Source: Phoronis australis (lineage: Eukaryota > Animalia > Phoronida). Taken from it: a stretch of DNA of 64,000 bases. This document shows, one piece after another, positions 12,801 to 24,400 of this stretch. The notes under the pieces were generated by a model that was given only the letters and a program-made list of their open reading frames with translations, was not told the DNA's origin and did no database searches. The number at the start of each line of letters is the position of its first letter. Within the stretch, counting starts at the first letter, position 1. Location: contig NMRA01000052.1 of NCBI GenBank assembly GCA_002633005.1, positions 1,105,235-1,169,234 of the forward strand. The letters run 5' to 3'. The position numbers and the translations under genes are program-made.

Positions 12801-15450
12801 TCGGGCAATATTATTGATAAACAAAGCTAACCCACCTGGCTTCATGCCTGTACAGTGACGTCTGTAAAGAAGTTACAGTGGTAGTTGTATGAGTATTGCC
12901 ATAGTTGGTCAGAACCTGCTCCCGGATGTAGTCCTCGATGAAGCCAAGTGACTGGCCTGAAGCAGTGTAATCACAGTACACCACTGAAAATTATTGATTA
13001 ATAAAAGCATTATATTACTTCTACTACAAGGAGTCCAACAACACCATGACTCGAAGGTCAGACCATACACAAAAGTAGAGGAACATCACTAACACTGTCC
13101 AGACCTATGAGGCCTGTGAGGGTGACCTAGGATAATTGTGACAAATGACTAAACTGTGCCAAATGAGGAAACAATGCCCACCCTTGTTGTTGACATATCC
13201 CATTTCCCTCAGGCTCTGTTTGTTTACACAACTGGTAACTCGACCCAGGGTGATGACACCATCTGTATGCCAGGCCACAGACAGTGCTGTTCCTCAAAGG
13301 AACAGTTTATGAATGTAGGTGTATCTTGGGAAAATGTGAGGCGATTTTGACCAAAAACATGCCGTTGTGGTTGACATAAGGTAATTTACAAATAACTTTC
13401 AAAATTGAATGAGAAAAATGCAACAGTTGAAATAACCAAAAGTTCAGGCACATTCCACTCATGGACATCAGACGGCTTATCACTGCTGTAAATCAAATGT
13501 CAAGCTGAAATGTACACACAGCAGCTACATACTTGTAATGTGGCCCAGTAACCTACCCAACTTGCTGACACAGGACTTCAGATACTGAGCAGAATGCCCA
13601 CCAATTTCTTATTAGAGGGAGACCTGAGAGATCTGATAACTCGGGTCTTTTTCCTTTTATGATTGAAACCTGGGAGCCACGCATATTGACAAGATCCCCA
13701 GAGGCGTGTACAAAAAATTGCGGGTAGTTGGTACTTTTTCGGCAAGTTTTACGGGACCGCACGGGGGCCAGGCTCCCTGTCGGCCGCAGTTTCTATTGAA
13801 AATATTAACAAGGACTACATATGTAATAACATCTTCCTTTCTCGTGGTGAGCTGATGAGACCACGTTAATGACAATGATGAGACTAACAGTAACAATGAC
13901 AGTAGTGAGGAGGTGCCTGGTGACAGCCACTGAGCGAATCGACGTCGAGGACACCAAGTAGGGAGAACAACGTTTTTTAAATTCTTTTTACAATACCCAT
14001 GTGTCATACGTTTTTGAAAAGCCCTTGGTGTGAGAAATGAAATGGTGCAAAAATCAGAAAAATTGGATGAGCGGTTGACAAGAAAATGGCCATTGACACG
14101 CGGCGATTATGCGTAAAATATCTGCCTTTTTACATAATTTCGTAAAAAATAAAAGAATATACATGTGCTGCGCATAAAAAGATTCGACTCATTGAGACAA
14201 CATGGTGGTGTGTATTATATGAAATTTGGATCGATTTCTACAGAGATATTGCTGTTTAAGTGTGTTATTATAGCATATAGAACAGGCTCATCATGTTTGG
14301 TGAAAACAATGGATTACACACCTTAACAGGTAAAGAGCAAAGACACCACATCAGCTCAGAAATAAATAAATCTGAGCTAGGAGGAAATTTCACATCAAAT
14401 CACAATAACACATTGATGGATTTGAGGGGGGCAAATATCTTACGGGTAAAATCCTGCTTAATACTCTGCCCTGCCCCCCCCCCTCCTATCTAAAAATCCT
14501 AGATCTGCCTCTGAATACTACTACATGGGCAACACATCATTGCCTGACAGTGATAGGGGGCTGGGGAGGCTATAGTTCCACCACTTTTTTCAGTGCTGGG
14601 TGCCACCCATGTACTATTAGATCGTATCATGGCAAAAAACATCAGAATGTAAACAAAAGACCATTTGGGAAAACAAATCACTCTTAACATGAAGGATTTC
14701 ATCATTTACACAACAAAAACTTNCCTTGACTTCGAGAAAACAACTTGAGGAGATGCGCACGCATCTAAACTACATCCTGTCCAAATTTCATGTTTGTATT
14801 TGAGAGTATAGTGCTCTTTTGGATAGGAGGAACAAGAGGTACTTTTTCGAAAGTTGATCGCATGGCGGAAAATTGTGCGCTAAAAAAGCTTACAAAAAAT
14901 GACTTATCAGCGATAATTTGAGACAAAAAGATTACAAACTTACAAATAAAGACTAAGGTAACGATTTACAACACAAAATTGTCTTATAGTTAAGTTGAAG
15001 TCTGAAATCAGTTAAATTACCGACGTGGGTTTTACACGGAGGCAGATATGGAGCACCGTGACCTACTTTTTGATTGTCCTCCCTACACCAAGGGTGTGTT
15101 CAAACTTTAGTAACGTAGCTAAAATCTAACCAAAGTCATGTGTTCTCATTTAAAACACACGACAATATCTCACAATATTTCGCGAAGTATTGCTTTTGGC
15201 GAGGTCCCAGTGTTACCGGAAGTCGGGAGGCAGGACAGCCACAGGAGGTGGAGGTGGAATATTGTGAATATGTTCGGTCACCTTTTCGCAATCCATACGG
15301 GCTGGAAAACACTTTTTCCTTTCCTATGATGTTCCCTTCAATGTACTTGATAAGCTCGTCCGTGGAGTCGCAAACTGAAGTTGAATTTTGAGCAACCTTC
15401 TCGGGAAAGTCGTAAAACTTTCTTTTAGCGTGCGGCAGACATGTGGCCAT
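818..15450 (-). CDS. Cysteine desulfurase-like (aminotransferase class V) / TtcA-like tRNA thiolase fusion protein, 17 coding exons, ~1068 aa
   Basis: Phase-consistent GT-AG exons: 15282-15450, 12836-12983, 12315-12432, 11630-11761, 10452-10704, 9670-9743, 9170-9327, 8484-8688, 7370-7491, 6681-6792, 5445-5600, 3857-4783, 3353-3470, 2433-2586, 1651-1713, 1425-1497, 818-1042 (sum 3207 nt, open to TGA). N-half motifs: YCDYTASG, YGNTHT, EHHSNLLPW, SAASNVTG, WDYA, STHKFVGG (PLP lysine), EEGGTP, RGGCACAGPY, PGFVRLN. C-half motifs: GDRVLVCLSGGKDS, CSFCSRMKRG, MGQHLDD, VIRPFVYVREKD, CPAC. Confidence 0.92.
7610..7962. mobile_element. Palindromic Penelope-like insertion with degenerate hammerhead-like core (intron 8 of fusion gene)
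   Basis: ~120-bp inverted arms (7654-7774 / 7830-7951), a 33-bp one-sided extension, an 11-bp flanking direct repeat ATATTAAGCTG (7610-7620, 7952-7962), and CTGACGA at 7851. Confidence 0.6.
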
Positions 15451-15926
15451 TTTACGACTACAACGATGCCTGTGTCTGAAAACAAAACTAATTTCGAATC
15501 CCTGGATAAACAGTCACTAGGTGGCGAAACCGTCTCGTCTACGGACAGCCCGGCGGGCTCACCCAGCTCGGCTGCTGGTGTCAAATACATGCGGAAATTT
15601 ATAAGGTTACTGTGCCGGGTTGCATGAAACAGTCCCAAATAGGGACTCAACTAAGTTCCCTAAGCTTTTTTCATATTTTTATTCTTTAGGCACAGATGTA
15701 ATTTTTTTCTATAACTTTATCTTTATTGTGAGCTCTTCTTCACTATGATACATTTTTTAATAATATAACTAAAAACTGAGCCTTTAATTCAATCAAAACA
15801 GTCAGGGACTTGGTCCTTTAATTGAAGGCGTTGCACGAAAAGACCCCTACTTATTTAAAATAACATTGAGAATTCAATCTAGATTTCACTCTCGACTTGC
15901 ATCAAAGCCAAAAATTGTCATAGTAT

Positions 15927-16562
15927 TGTAACAGGAGTGCCCTGAACATGATTATGTAAGTAAGATATATGCGCCCTCTAGTGGTCAAGCTGTGTATTAC
16001 GTATGGAATTTTCCTATGATGTTGAGTCCTTTGGACATGGCCAAATATGGTCAGAGCCTAGGAGCTATGGGCCTCGCCCTTCAGATCGTGTCTGATTGGT
16101 TGAAATTATGTACTTAAGCTTTGTCTCTGTCAGATACGAGGAGTACAGTCGCAGAGTTCAAGAAGCACACCTTCACTCACTCCAAATTGCAACTGTTTGT
16201 GCAGCTTTCGGGCTCCTCCCGGACTTGGTTGCCAACAGTTTAGCCCCAGCAATTCTCGGGCTCCTCCCGAGCTTGATTGCATCTCACCTTTCGGATCTGA
16301 ATAACCAAATTGCCCCGTTCTTGCACACACAACTATTAATCAGCGACTGGCTTGCCCGTGTATCAGAACTGTATAAATCACAACGCTGCGATACTAAATC
16401 ATGGAACAACTGGATTGCTTGTAAGTGTGGAATATTGTAGTTATATATTCTTACAATAAACCTATGTATTATTCACCAACTTTTAGTTTTCAACATCACC
16501 CTCAGTCCGCACCGGGCTCGTAAAATCGGGGCGCCTTGGTCGTAGATACCGCCCCCGTTACA
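15927..16562 (+). mobile_element. LTR of an LTR retrotransposon (~636 bp), adjacent to the gap
   Basis: Termini TGTAAC...GTTACA; internal TATAAA (~16372) and AATAAA (~16455). Absent from the duplicate copy of the region. Confidence 0.65.
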
Positions 16563-16563
16563 C

Positions 16564-16775
16564 NNNNNNNNNNNNNNNNNNNNNNNNNNNNNNNNNNNNN
16601 NNNNNNNNNNNNNNNNNNNNNNNNNNNNNNNNNNNNNNNNNNNNNNNNNNNNNNNNNNNNNNNNNNNNNNNNNNNNNNNNNNNNNNNNNNNNNNNNNNNN
16701 NNNNNNNNNNNNNNNNNNNNNNNNNNNNNNNNNNNNNNNNNNNNNNNNNNNNNNNNNNNNNNNNNNNNNNNNNNN
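16564..16775. other. Assembly gap (212 N)
   Basis: Run of N. Confidence 0.99.
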
Positions 16776-16954
16776 GCGCTGTTCCTTTTTCATCAGTCAA
16801 CGTCATTGGTCGATTTCGTCAATATTATTAACGTCAGTCGTTATTAATCATTGTACGTCTGCTCTCGTCATCACCTTCGTCGTCTCTCTCACGATCGTAT
16901 CTGTCATCGTCATGTTATCGTCGTCCATGTTGACTGATGACAAAGGAACAGCGC
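16776..16954. repeat. Short inverted-repeat element (26-bp arms, CGT/CAT-rich interior)
   Basis: gcgctgttcctttttcatcagtcaac ... gttgactgatgacaaaggaacagcgc. Confidence 0.6.
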
Positions 16955-17690
16955 GTGTTGTAGCAAATAACCGATAGATGGTGCTAGATATAGTAAGTTC
17001 CCTGAAATGGCTACCGATTTCACAATGTGCGTGGCTAACGCTAAAGTGGACCAAGTTCAGAATGGCGTAGTTATAGACTAGAGTAATTGAGGGTCGTGAA
17101 AAGGATTTGTACGGATAGCCAGATGTCTGAGGAATGCAACGATACCAAAATCATTTATTTAGACCTACATTTAGTGGATTTATTTGGAATAAGTTACGGG
17201 TCCATTATATCCGACTAGTGCCCTTTTGGATAGGAGGAACAAGAGGTACTTTTTCGAAAGTTGATCGCATGGCGGAAAATCGTGCGCTAAAAAAAGCTTA
17301 CAAAAAATGACTTATCAGCGATAATTTGAGACAAAAAGATTACAAACTTACAAACAAAGACTAAGGTAACGATTTATAACACAAAATTGTCTTATAGTTA
17401 AGTTGAAGTCTGAAATCAGTTAAATCACCGACGTGGGTTTTACACGGAGGCAGATATGGAGCACCGTGACCTACTTTTTGATTGTCCTCCCTACACCAAG
17501 GGTGCGTTCAAACTTTAGTAACGTAGGACCTAGCTAAAATCTAACCAAAGTCATGTGTTCTCATTTAAAACACACGACAATATCTCACGTAATTTCGCGA
17601 CGTAATGCTTTTAGCGAGGTCCCAGTGTTACCGGAAGTCGGGAGGCAGGACAGCCACAGGAGGTGGGATATTGTGAATATGTTCGGTCAC

Positions 17691-17859
17691 CTTTTCGCAA
17701 TCCATAGGGGCTGGAAAACACTTTTTCCTTTCCTATGATGTTCCCTTCAATGTACTTGATGAGCTCGTCCGTGGAGTCGCAAACTGAAGTTGAATTTTGA
17801 GCAACCTTTTCGGGAAAGTCGTAAAACTTTCTTTTAGCGTGCGGCAAACATGTGGCCAT
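17691..17859 (-). CDS. Second copy of coding exon 1 of the desulfurase-TtcA fusion gene (likely alternate haplotype)
   Basis: Encodes the same 56 aa (MATCLPHAK...PYGLRK) with the same GT donor as 15282-15450. I see four nucleotide differences in the exon, all synonymous. Confidence 0.75.
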
Positions 17860-18018
17860 TTTACGACTACAACGATGCCTGTGTCTGAAAACAAAACTAA
17901 TTTCGAATCCCTGGATAAACAGTCACTAGGTGGCGAAACCGTCTCGTCTACGGACAGCCCGGCGGGCTCTCCCAGCTCGGCTGCTAGTGTCAAATACATG
18001 TGGAAATTTATAAGGTTA

Positions 18019-18439
18019 CTGTGCTGGGTTGCATGAAACAGTCCCAAATAGGGACTCAACTAAGTTTCCTAAGCTTTTTTCATATTTTTATTCTTTAGGC
18101 ACAGATGTAATATTTTTTTTCTTATCTTTATTGTGAGCTCTTCTTTTACTATGATACATTTTTTAATAATATAACTAAAAACTAAGCCTTTAATTCAATC
18201 AAAACAGTTAAGGTTTTGGTCCTTTAATTGAGGGCGTTGCACGAAAAGATCCCTACTTATTTAAAATAACATTAAGAATTCAATCTAGATTTCACTCTCG
18301 ACTTGCATCAAAGCCAAACATTGTAAGTAAAACAGCTGAGATAGGACAATCAGTGTTTCCACAAGCCCGCAAATACGCAGTAGATTTAGGGATCTTAGTT
18401 GAGTCCCTATTTGGGACTGTTTCATGCAACCGGGCACAG
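18019..18439. mobile_element. MITE with ~46-bp terminal inverted repeats, upstream of exon 1 (possibly PIF/Harbinger-like)
   Basis: ctgtgctgggttgcatgaaacagtcccaaatagggactcaactaag (18019-18064) is the reverse complement of 18394-18439 (two mismatches). The left TIR also occurs at ~15610-15655, where the element is interrupted by the LTR. Confidence 0.75.
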
Positions 18440-19919
18440 AACACGTTTTGATGATTTCAATCAATCCTCGTTGTCACGTGCGAATGCACTTGGTCTCAAT
18501 CTTGAAAGATAAAAGCAGGGATCAACTAAAAACTCATCAGTGATCCTAATCACTGCTCGTGTGAGAACTGCTACATTTGTTTACACACCCCGTAACATGA
18601 ATATGTACTTTTGTATTTGTGTTTAAGTTTTGTATATTCTCTGTACTGTATGATTAGCTTGTATTTTAAGTCTTTGTAGTTGAGTTTGCAAATTTTAAAA
18701 AATTGTCGGATAATAGGCCTAGCACTTGTACTAAGTTTCATTGTTAAACCTCACTGACTTTTAAAAATTATTACTGCTAACTACTACTTTACAAATCGCT
18801 ACGTCCCGATCCATATAGTTCCCACTTGCCGATTCGCTAGAAAATCGTAGGTCACGCTTGCCCACAGCAGTCTTTGGTGGTTTTCAAATTTTTCTCCTTG
18901 AGCGTTATCTAGGGTTATGTAGCATTATTTCGTTTCAGATAACTGGACCGGAAAGCCGTTTTTAGTAGGCTAATGGCCAAAACTGGGCTTAACAAAGAGA
19001 AAACTATGAATTCTATATAGCTCATCATAAGTTAGGTCACTAGTGGACTCAGTTCGACGTGCAGCAGTGAACCATGAAATTTCTTCTGTAACCGTCGTAA
19101 TCCCAACCAGTCGATTGCCATCTATTAATTTACAGAATATGCATAACTCAATGCGGGTGGTTCGAATTCAACTCCAGTCACTCTAGTGACGGAATAAGTT
19201 GTGCGATCTTGAATGGTGACTTGGCTTTTTAGACCCGTTACTCCACTATAGTAAGAAGCTAACTCCGGAACACGGCGGCACTTTACAATGGCGATCCACT
19301 TTTTCGCATCCCGCAACGAAGGCCAACGCGTATATTGAAAACTATATGCCAGCAAAATTTGGGATGAAATGGCCGGCGTCTGTCACAGATGAGATTCAAT
19401 ATCAATTTGTACATATGGTATATTGTTCGAGATTATTTTATTTTCGACATCTAAGCACAATTATTTTCGTGAAAACTATGAATGCCTAAAAATAACGTTT
19501 CCGGTGTTCTATTGTCTCTATTGGAGTTATTTTCAAAGTTGTTCAATGAGGGAAAAAAACGTGCTTTAGCAGTTTCATTGTATTTTTTTACAAAAAAATA
19601 TCTCACCGAGGGAGTGATGTGCCCAAAACCTGTGCTTCACGGGACCATGTAGCCCTGTGTAGGCCTATAGTGGATCGATGAGCAAGATGCGAGGAAACGA
19701 GGAGTGATCGAGAGGCCACAATCGCCTAATTACCGATAGCAACTCCCGACTGTGGTCTCCAGGCACCGACGCGGTTGCGCGATTCGAATGCCCGCGCCGT
19801 TTTTACGTGACATGTTTTCGTTTCAGGGAGCTGCTCGTTGACGGATGACACGGAGATACGAGAATTTCTGGTAGAGCTGAAGCCACCGTCGGAGGGACCA
19901 CATGCGGAGGTGCGTAAGC

Positions 19920-20067
19920 ATGCGCGGCGGAGCACTGAAAAAAGTGGGGGCTAAAGCCCCCTCAGCCCCCCTGTGGTACACCGCCTACTAGACCATGTGC
20001 GGCGTAGCAGTGAAAAAAGTGGGGGGTTATAGCTCCCGCAGCCCCCTATCCGGGTGCGCCGCTCATG
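19920..20067 (+). repeat. Two tandem ~70-bp GC-rich mini-elements
   Basis: The unit 'catg.gcggcg.agca.tgaaaaaagtggggg...agccccc' occurs twice (19920-19990, 19994-20067). Confidence 0.5.
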
Positions 20068-21418
20068 GTAAGACGAGTATGGCGGCGGTCGGCGATGTGG
20101 GGGACACGGGACTTTCGTGTAGCGAGAGGTTCGAGAAATATTTCCACATGAAGCGCCACGAAAGATGCCCTAATAGTAACGTTGATTTACAGCTTTAAAA
20201 CTGGTTTGAAACTTAAGGAAAAATGGTTTGACATTAACAGAAATAGAAAATGTTTACGAACAAACCATAGATAATGAACAGTTTCACTGAGTGGCAGAGA
20301 ACCACTTTGAATAATGGAATTTCGTCATTCTAATTAAGACACAAGCTAACTGCATTTCAGCTTAGCCACATATAAAAAATCCACTTTGCCGAGGCTTGCA
20401 TTTTTGCAATATGCAAGGCCGCATATGATGCGACTTGCAGTGAGATGCAACGCATGCGATAATACCGCAACGATGATGGCGCCGGAGCAAGAGTCGAGAC
20501 AGAGATTTTTAATATGTCTAACCACAGAACTGGGGGAACGGATCCCTCGAGTTCCACTGTCGATATGAGCCACACCGAAATTATATTTTTCAATTCCTAA
20601 GAGACTAACCCTTGAGTTTGTGGTTTGGTCATACATTGTCAGAACCGGTTAGAATTTGTGTGCTTATTCCCACTTGACTAAAACGCACGCTTAACGGGGA
20701 AGTCAATCTAAACCGGTAAATGTTTCTGTGAGCCAATGACGTGGAGCCGACGCTTGTGCTAATGTGAATCTTGTGAGCATGTATTTATTTCACCTACATA
20801 CCAAATGGATGGACGGTTTTAGTGTTAACAAGACAGACTACTTGAATTTAGAAAAATCGCATCCCAATCATCTAAGGCATTACTTTTTTGTCATTTGTTT
20901 CAGTTTGAAACTTACGATTTTTACTTGCCCTACCAGGGGGAGGTCGTTTTAGCATATTCTCATTGGTTATTTCACCTTGGTGCACAGAGGTTATAGTCAG
21001 TGACAAAAAGGTTATCAACACCTGTTGCATGGTAGTCAGTGAATTACTATATTGCCAGGCAAATGACATTCAGATATCACTGACCCTAAAATTCTCCTTA
21101 GTTGCTCTAATGGGGAGACTTTTAAGTAACAACATGGCGACTAACCACATCCTAGATCCTACTAACTCTTGCTCAAAACCCATCACAGTAAATGGGCTTT
21201 TCCAGAGGTCAAAATGTTCCCCTAAAACACCTGCTATAACGAAGCACCTCCTGGTACAGCCAGGTGCCATTGAGTCACCTGTCCCATGTGATCAGCCTCC
21301 ATTGCTTTCTAGAAGTCTCCCATTTATAACTGAGTAATGACAGTAGCTTGAAAAAAAAAGGTGAAGTTTTTATATTTTTATTTGGGGACAATAGGTGAAC
21401 AAATGAATAGCGACAATT

Positions 21419-24400
21419 TTAGATTCTTGATGGGTACAGCATCTGAAAATAAAACAAACATTGGTTATTCTTCAATCATAAATTAGATGAAATCTGACAA
21501 ACACTATAAGAAGCATGAGAAATAGTTTTAATGTTCATGCAAGTTACAGACGCAAAAATAAACGCAGTCATAATTATATTGGAAAGAGCGACCAGCAAGA
21601 CACTAAGTAGTTTCAGGAAGTTGTAAATCGTTAATTTCATACTAAATATTATATTCAAACCAAATGGTTTCTACAGCAACCAGAAAAAGTTCATTTCTGC
21701 TACCGTAAAACCACAGCTTTACAATGCAGACTGTTCTATTTCTAAATGTTTCCAGAAAATGCATTGCTTTGCTTATAAGGCCAATTGACAGAAAACACAT
21801 TAGGTGAATGACAGGACATGTATCAGAATTTGTCCTCATTCAGATCATTTTAAATTTTAGATGGTATAACTAAATGCAGCAAAGAGCAGAACCTACGGCA
21901 ATCTTTGTTTTTTCTTGGATTTGTAACATCTCCTTAATAACATATGATATGCATTAATTTGGCATTTCAGAAACATTGTTTTTTAACTTATTTTCGAACC
22001 CAAACAAGAGCAACACAACAACTGAAAAGGGCCCCAAGACAACACAGCAATGAAAGCGCTCCGAGGAGCGAACCTTGGCGAAATTAACCAAAAGATGACG
22101 ATAAAGATGATGACAAAGATGACGAATATGACGACGATGGTGAAAAAAAAGAAGTATTAATAACATACACATGGCGAACGTAGAGGTCCGAAATCAGTAA
22201 GAAAAAGGCTACAGTCTTGTGCGACACTTGGCGAAAATAACGGAAAAGACAACGACGGAGATGATGACGAATATGATGATGGTGGTGGCGATGATGAACA
22301 ACATCACAACATTCATATGACGAACTTAGATGTCATAAATCAATAAGAAATAGGCTACAGTCTAGTTCAAAAGAGGATATACCAACATCATTGCAGCAAG
22401 AGCGCTCAACAAAGGAACAGCGTCATCAGAAAATCTCAAATAACTCGAAAAGTAGACGTCCTAGCGAAAAATGGAAAACATCTTCTGAAAGCCCGTTCAA
22501 AATTCTATCTAAACAGATGGTATCGCCTAATTCCGTAAATTTTTCGAAAAAAATGAAATTTTGAGTTTTTTTAAGAATTTCAAAGTCAAATAACTCGAAA
22601 ACGGTAAGTCTGAGAAAAAAATTGTTATAGGCCATTTGAAAGAATATACTTCAAAGAATCCACATGCAAAAAATCACGTCTTTTTCGCTTCCCGTTTAAA
22701 ATCGCATTGCAGCACGACTGAAAATGGGTCAACATGCGCCAGATCCGCCATCTTGAAAGCAACTTCCGGTTTTTTGGTTTTGTATAATAGCATGTCATAA
22801 GGAACTAATACCTGTAAAAATTCGAAGGAATTGGTCTAATAATGCGCCCTCTAGAGGAGAAAACGTTTTCAAGCCAAAATCGAGGTGCGCATGCGCGATC
22901 GCCGATATTTCCGCCATCTTTAACCGGAAGTAAACAATTTCCGGTATACTTGTAGCAAGCTTCCGGTCAATTTACTGTGCCCATTCTTAGCCTTTTACGT
23001 AAAAAATTGTAGCCTCCAGAAGCATTTGAACTTTTAAATGGAAACAGAATGGCCGCCACAGCCGCCATCTTGGATCCGATTTTGACGAAAAACAATAGGC
23101 TTCCAGTACTTCCGCAACTACGTGTTATGTGTAAATTTCGTGATGATCGGACGAAAATTGCGACCTGTATCGTGCGAACAAACTTAGTGTCAGAGCAATA
23201 TACTTGGCGAAATTTATTTCGCCAAGTAATAAGTATGCTTCAAGACAAGTTTACAAGTATCAATAACGGTTAGTTGCCAGGTTGCACAGAATATGTTGAA
23301 CAGGTCTGAAAATTTATCAAGTAACATTTCCACTTTTCAACCACCATAAATGAGTAACATGGCAAGTAATTTTTTATGGCGGTCTACAAGTTCTGAACAT
23401 GAAAGGTTCAATTGAATGAAGTAGACATTTAATTGGGAGGGGATGATTTGCAGTTAGTGTACGAAAGGGAAACCTTTTGATGGGGATGTTCAAGGCTTGC
23501 AATGACCAATGACAAAAAGAGAAAAAAATTTCCAGGTGATGCATCATTCCACAAATAAACAGGCTTGTAAAATTGAAGTATTGTGCTGTAAAATTTAATT
23601 GAAATTAACGTTGTTGTATGAATAAAGTCAAAATAATGATTAAGAGACGAAAAAAAGCAAACGGGAAATCAAATGAGGAAATGAAAAAAATAAGAGGAAA
23701 TCCTCTTAAAAGAGGAAAATTACCAAGCCCTGGGTGTTGGTACACCCGGAACTGAAGCAGAAATCCCCCAAGCAACTACCCAACTTACAATTCTTATCCT
23801 TCTCCCAATGGCCTTTGCGGGAAGATTTTTCCTGAACTTGGCGCGTACTGCCCCACTGTTACCGTGTGGCCGCGTCACCTTGCCCCAAATGACGCGGATG
23901 TGGTTTGGCTTGTCATGACCAGGTGTTTTGGTGAGGCTTAAAACAGAGAAAAATATTCTTTAAGGACACGTGTCTGGAGCTATTTGAACACCTAACTGAT
24001 AAGAGAAGAAGGGTGATGTGAGAAGTCTATGTTCAGACACTAGAAGAACACTAACCTGTGTGAATGTCAACAGAGAAAGGATCTGAAACTTAACATCCGT
24101 GATAGAAATTTCTTTTGGTCCAATCCACAGAGGAGCAACACTTGTGCAACACAAATGGAATTTGTACACGAGCCCTAAAATTTGACTTTTAAAATAAAGA
24201 TCTAGTCATGAAGAGTGAACTAACAAAATACAACATGAACAAAAAACTTGACGCATACCAGCACAGCCAAGAAGCGAACACACAACTTCAATACTTTGAA
24301 AATGTGTTTTCAAATTAAAGCAATCTGAACACAAAAGCCAATGTTGCATAAGTAAGGGTTTACTGAAGTCATTAAGTCAACGTGGTGGCAATACTGGCAT

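Larger units (their letters stand above)
14811..18318. repeat. ~1.1-kb direct duplication (about 14811-15912 vs 17217-18318) flanking an assembly gap
   Basis: Near-identical sequence from 'cttttggataggagg' to 'catcaaagccaaa', with scattered SNPs and short indels. The copies are separated by an LTR-like sequence and an N-gap. Confidence 0.9.

Noticed and set aside
16473-16847. ORFs spanning the N run
   Set aside because: Artefacts of the assembly gap.
19140-19200. B-box-like GGTTCGAATTC suggesting a tRNA or SINE
   Set aside because: No cloverleaf or A box can be built.
24056-24165. Possible H/ACA snoRNA in an RPL35A intron (two hairpins, AAAGAA, ACA)
   Set aside because: The first hairpin is weak and I could not identify a pseudouridylation pocket or target; needs snoReport/Infernal.
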